64,000 bases of DNA from Desulfomicrobium sp. (GTDB lineage Bacteria; Desulfobacterota; Desulfovibrionia; Desulfovibrionales; Desulfomicrobiaceae): the NCBI GenBank assembly GCA_040768745.1, contig JAXGMI010000002.1:512001-576000 (forward strand). The letters run 5' to 3'. Position numbers and translations under genes: made by a program. Within the stretch, counting starts at the first letter, position 1. The number at the start of each line of letters is the position of its first letter. Positions 60,508-64,000 of this stretch are shown piece after piece. A model generated the notes under the pieces. It had not been told where the DNA came from, did no database searches, and worked only from the letters and a program-made list of their open reading frames with translations.

Positions 60508-60959
60508 AGAACACCTCCACCCTGCATGTCTCCATCGGCCTTTTCCTCATCCTCGGTCTTGTCTGCACGGCCTACCTGGCCCTGACCCTGGCCAACACGA
60601 CCCTGCTTTCCCGGAACGTGTACACCATCACCGCCAAGTTCACGGCTGTGAACGGCCTGCGCAGCGGGAGCAATGTGGAAATCTCGGGCGTGTATGTAGG
60701 CAAGGTGACCGAGATCCGTCTTGACCCGGACCTCTACCAGGCCGTGGTCACCATGCAGGTGCAGAACTCCGTGCCCATCCCCGTGGATTCGACGGCCGCA
60801 ATCAAGACCAGCGGCCTCATCGGCGACAAGTACATCAGCATCATTCCTGGCGGGGATGACGTGGTGCTCAAGGACAACGACATCCTCATGGATACCCAGG
60901 CGGCAGTGGACATCGAAGAACTGATCTCGAAATACGTTTTCGGAAGTGTGAACAAATGA
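60504..60959 (+). CDS. mlaD: MlaD (MCE) protein
   Basis: TM, F..V.GL..G..V.ISGV.VG.V, I.T.GLIGDKYI; start could be 60498. Confidence 0.93.
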   Translation: MKNTSTLHVSIGLFLILGLVCTAYLALTLANTTLLSRNVYTITAKFTAVNGLRSGSNVEISGVYVGKVTEIRLDPDLYQAVVTMQVQNSVPIPVDSTAAIKTSGLIGDKYISIIPGGDDVVLKDNDILMDTQAAVDIEELISKYVFGSVNK

Positions 60960-61534
60960 AGCGCCTCGTTCTGTTTTTTGTGCTTTTCCCGGCCCTGGCC
61001 CTGGCCATGACGTCCCCCACGGACTATGTCCGGACCAACGTCGACGCCGTGGTGGCGATCCTGACCGACCCCCAGCTCCAGGGGGAAGAGAAGAAATCGG
61101 AGCAAATGCTCCGCATCGAGTCTGTGGTGGATGGGATTTTCGACTCCCAGGAACTGTCCAAGCGCGCACTGGCCCAGCATTGGAAACTCTTCCGGGAGGA
61201 CCAGCGCCAGGAGTTCCAGAAGCTGTTCCTGGAACTCATCAAGCACGCCTACCTGAAGAAATCCATCGCCTACAACAACGAGGTGGTCCAGTACAACCAG
61301 GAGCTGGTGAAGTCCGAGACACTGGCCGAAGTGCACACGGTCCTGACCTCCCCGACCGTGAACATGCCCATCATCTACTACATGATCAGACGGGACGATT
61401 CCTGGAAGGTCTACGACGTCTCCGTGGAAAATGTCAGCCTGGTCAAGAATTACCGTTCCCAGTTCCAGAGCATCCTGCAGAACAGTTCCCCCGATCAACT
61501 CATCGCCATCCTGAGGGAAAAAATCCATGAATAG
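60956..61534 (+). CDS. mlaC: MlaC/Ttg2D periplasmic lipid shuttle
   Basis: Signal peptide, W....QR.EF, WKVYDV.VE.VSLV.NYRSQF. Confidence 0.92.
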   Translation: MKRLVLFFVLFPALALAMTSPTDYVRTNVDAVVAILTDPQLQGEEKKSEQMLRIESVVDGIFDSQELSKRALAQHWKLFREDQRQEFQKLFLELIKHAYLKKSIAYNNEVVQYNQELVKSETLAEVHTVLTSPTVNMPIIYYMIRRDDSWKVYDVSVENVSLVKNYRSQFQSILQNSSPDQLIAILREKIHE

Positions 61535-62279
61535 GCGCACGGTTTTTGTGCTGTTCGTCCTGGTCCTGGGCCTGACTCTGCTGCAGGGCTGTGCGGCCAA
61601 GACGGCCCACCGGGCCCAGGCAGGCCCGCTGGGAACCGCGGCGGCCGGAGAAGAGGAGGCGATCCCCGAGGATGAAACCTACCCGGACAGCCTGGAAACG
61701 GTGAACAGGGGCATCTTCGCCTTCAACGACGGATTCATCACCCACATGTTCTCCCCCGTCGATACAGTGTACACGGGTTTTTTTCCGCAGGACGTGCGCA
61801 ACGGGTTCGGCAATTTCTACCGCAACCTGGGCTACCCTGTGCGGCTGGTGAACGCCCTGCTGCAGCTCAGGCTGGACAAGGTGGCCAAGGAGACCGCGTC
61901 CTTCGCCCTCAACACCGTCTTCGGGGTGGGCGGCCTCTTCAACGTCACCCGGAACATGCCCGGCCTGCAGTCCTCGCCCGAGGACTTCAGCCAGACACTG
62001 GCCTTTTACGGACTGGGCTCGGGCACCTACGTGGTCCTGCCCTTCCTGGGCTCCACCACGGTCCGCGACGTCGTGGGTACCGTGGCGGACTCCTTCCTCC
62101 ACCCCCTCTCCCTCATCACCCCGGACAGCGCCAGATACGCCCTGATCGGACACGACAAGGCCAACACGGCCTCGGCCAACCTCCCGGCCTACAAGACGCT
62201 CAAGGAAGAATCCTTCGATCACTACACGAGCATGAAGGACGTCTACTTCCAGTACCGGCGCGGTCTGGAGCAGGAATAG
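61527..62279 (+). CDS. mlaA: VacJ/MlaA lipoprotein
   Basis: Lipobox LQGC, LE..NR..F.FN, N...G.GG, EDF.QTL, Y.VLPFLG..T.RD. Confidence 0.93.
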   Translation: MNRRTVFVLFVLVLGLTLLQGCAAKTAHRAQAGPLGTAAAGEEEAIPEDETYPDSLETVNRGIFAFNDGFITHMFSPVDTVYTGFFPQDVRNGFGNFYRNLGYPVRLVNALLQLRLDKVAKETASFALNTVFGVGGLFNVTRNMPGLQSSPEDFSQTLAFYGLGSGTYVVLPFLGSTTVRDVVGTVADSFLHPLSLITPDSARYALIGHDKANTASANLPAYKTLKEESFDHYTSMKDVYFQYRRGLEQE

Positions 62280-62397
62280 CAGATTCGTGACGGCCGCGTT
62301 CCAGGGTCCGGCCCCTCTTGACTTTTGCCCGCCCGGCATATCTTTCAATTATCACGATGCTCAAAATGGACCCACACAAGCCACATGGAGGAAGATC

Positions 62398-62637
62398 ATG
62401 TCCGAGAAGAAAACTCTTCTGGAAATCGAGGAAACCCGCCTGACCTACATGGCGGGCATGCTGCTCAAAGAAATCGCGGCAGGTCTTTCACGCCGCCAGC
62501 TCACCATGCAGGGCCCCCAAGGCCCGGTCACAATGGCCCTGCCCAAGGAGGTCGATGTGGAATACAGCATTGAAGAGAAAACCAAGGACGGCGAAACCAA
62601 GACCGAGCTGGAAATCGAAATCAGCTGGAAATCCTGA
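62398..62637 (+). CDS. Amphi-Trp domain protein
   Basis: 79 aa, LL..IA.GL..G-like helix, C-terminal ELEIEISW; GGAGG RBS. Confidence 0.75.
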   Translation: MSEKKTLLEIEETRLTYMAGMLLKEIAAGLSRRQLTMQGPQGPVTMALPKEVDVEYSIEEKTKDGETKTELEIEISWKS

Positions 62638-62657
62638 ACAACTCCGCGCTTGCCACG

Positions 62658-62688
62658 CACAAAAGGCCCGTGACCCGGGCCTTTTGTG
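62658..62688. terminator. Bidirectional terminator
   Basis: CACAAAAGGCCCG-TGACC-CGGGCCTTTTGTG perfect 13-bp stem between convergent genes. Confidence 0.85.
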
Positions 62689-62810
62689 TTTCCGGAACAG
62701 GTTTGCCTGCCCTGGAATCGGGGATTCCCTCGGCGGCCCGACGGACTCGCGGCCCAATGTGCATGGACCTCGGCGACCCGCGCAGGGTCGAAAACCGGAA
62801 TGGCTCGGCG

Positions 62811-64000
62811 TCACATCTTGGATGGCAGATACGTCACGATCTGCGGGAACAGGCACAGGAGGGCCACGCCAACCATGGTGGCCACGAGAAAAGGATAGAT
62901 CCCGCGGAAGATGGACTCCAGGCTGATGCTCTGCTTCATGGCCGTGGTCACCCCATAGACCACATACACGTTGATGCCCACGGGCGGGGTGATGACTCCC
63001 ATCTCGGTCACCATCACGATGATGATGCCGAACCAGATGGGATCAAAGCCCAGATTCATGACCACGGGAAAAAACACTGGCACCGTCAGCATGACCATGG
63101 CCAGGGAGTCCATGAAGCATCCGGCCACAAAATAGATGCCCACGATGAGGCCCATGACCACAATGGGCGGCATATCCAGTCCGCCGATGAAGGTGGCCGT
63201 GGTGAAGGGGATGCGGGTCACGGCCAGGAATTTGCCAAAAACCACCGCTCCAGCCACCAGAAAGAGAACCATGCACGAGGTGCGCAGGGTTTCTTCCAGC
63301 GACTTCATGATCAGCTTGGGGCCCAGCTGACGCCGGGCCACGCCCAGGACCAGGACGCTGAACGCCCCGACGGACGCCGCTTCGGTCGGCGTGAACCAGC
63401 CCCGGAACAGGCCGGTCAGGACCACGGAAAAGATGAGTACCGTGTCAATGAGACCGGTCAGGGAACGCAGCCTGACCTTCCAGGGAAAGTGTTCGGCCGG
63501 AGGACCGAACTCAGGATGCCGGAAGCAGGTCACGGCAATGGCGCACAGAAACAGCCCGGTCAGCATGAAGGCCGGCAGGACCCCGGAAACGAAGAGCTGG
63601 CCGATGGATTGCTCGGTCAGCACCCCGTAGACGATAAGCACCACGCTGGGGGGCATGACCATGCCCAGCCCGCCCCCGGCGGCCACGGCCCCGCTGGCGA
63701 GACGATCGCGGTAGCCGAAACGCTTCATCTCCGGAATGGCCACCGTGGCCATGGTCGCCGCAGTGGCCGGACTGGACCCGCAGATGGCTCCGAAGGCGGT
63801 ACAGGCCGAGACCGTGGCCATGGCCATGCCTCCGCGGACGTGTCCGAAAAAATGATAGGCGGTGGTGAAAAGCCGACGGCTGACCCCGGCGTTGAAGGCC
63901 AGCTGACCCATGAGCACAAAAAGAGGGATGGTCGTCAGGTCGTAGGAGACAAAGACTTCGTACATGCTGCGGCTGAGCATGTTCAGCCCGCTCTGGACTG
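62811..64000 (-). CDS. dctM: TRAP transporter large permease (5' truncated by window edge)
   Basis: IPLFVLMG, GSS.AT, G...PPS, TPTEA, DPIWFG, ITPPVG. Confidence 0.92.
   Translation of the reverse strand, partial: VQSGLNMLSRSMYEVFVSYDLTTIPLFVLMGQLAFNAGVSRRLFTTAYHFFGHVRGGMAMATVSACTAFGAICGSSPATAATMATVAIPEMKRFGYRDRLASGAVAAGGGLGMVMPPSVVLIVYGVLTEQSIGQLFVSGVLPAFMLTGLFLCAIAVTCFRHPEFGPPAEHFPWKVRLRSLTGLIDTVLIFSVVLTGLFRGWFTPTEAASVGAFSVLVLGVARRQLGPKLIMKSLEETLRTSCMVLFLVAGAVVFGKFLAVTRIPFTTATFIGGLDMPPIVVMGLIVGIYFVAGCFMDSLAMVMLTVPVFFPVVMNLGFDPIWFGIIIVMVTEMGVITPPVGINVYVVYGVTTAMKQSISLESIFRGIYPFLVATMVGVALLCLFPQIVTYLPSKM

Overview
GC-rich bacterial chromosomal window. Gene content suggests a Desulfovibrionales-type sulfate reducer such as Desulfomicrobium (inference only). 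It is mostly housekeeping: an anaerobic cobalamin operon (cbiL-cbiA-cbiD-cbiET-cbiF/G fusion-cbiH, with cbiC separate), ispG-proS-xseA-M23-xseB-ispA-dxs, rpsF-rpsR-rplI-dnaB-paaK, dinB, a polar amino-acid ABC transporter, a sigma54 two-component pair, and an ihf-pdxK-HAD-mlaEFDCA cluster. No rRNA, tRNA, CRISPR array or intact mobile element was seen. Features missing from the ORF track: (1) a 25-aa Trp-Trp leader peptide with a complete 1:2/2:3/3:4 attenuator upstream of a stand-alone trpB; (2) an MlaF ATPase fused to a degenerate GGDEF domain in an Mla operon lacking mlaB; (3) an ADP-ribosylglycohydrolase homologue lacking its metal-binding aspartates, between ispG and proS; (4) a structured leader with alternative pairings and a small Cys-rich protein before the amino-acid ABC operon; (5) an ERIC-like hairpin, a frameshifted cupin pseudogene, an IS256-like remnant, an FNR/HcpR-type box and an S6:S18 leader. 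All family calls come from motif recognition by eye; no searches were run.
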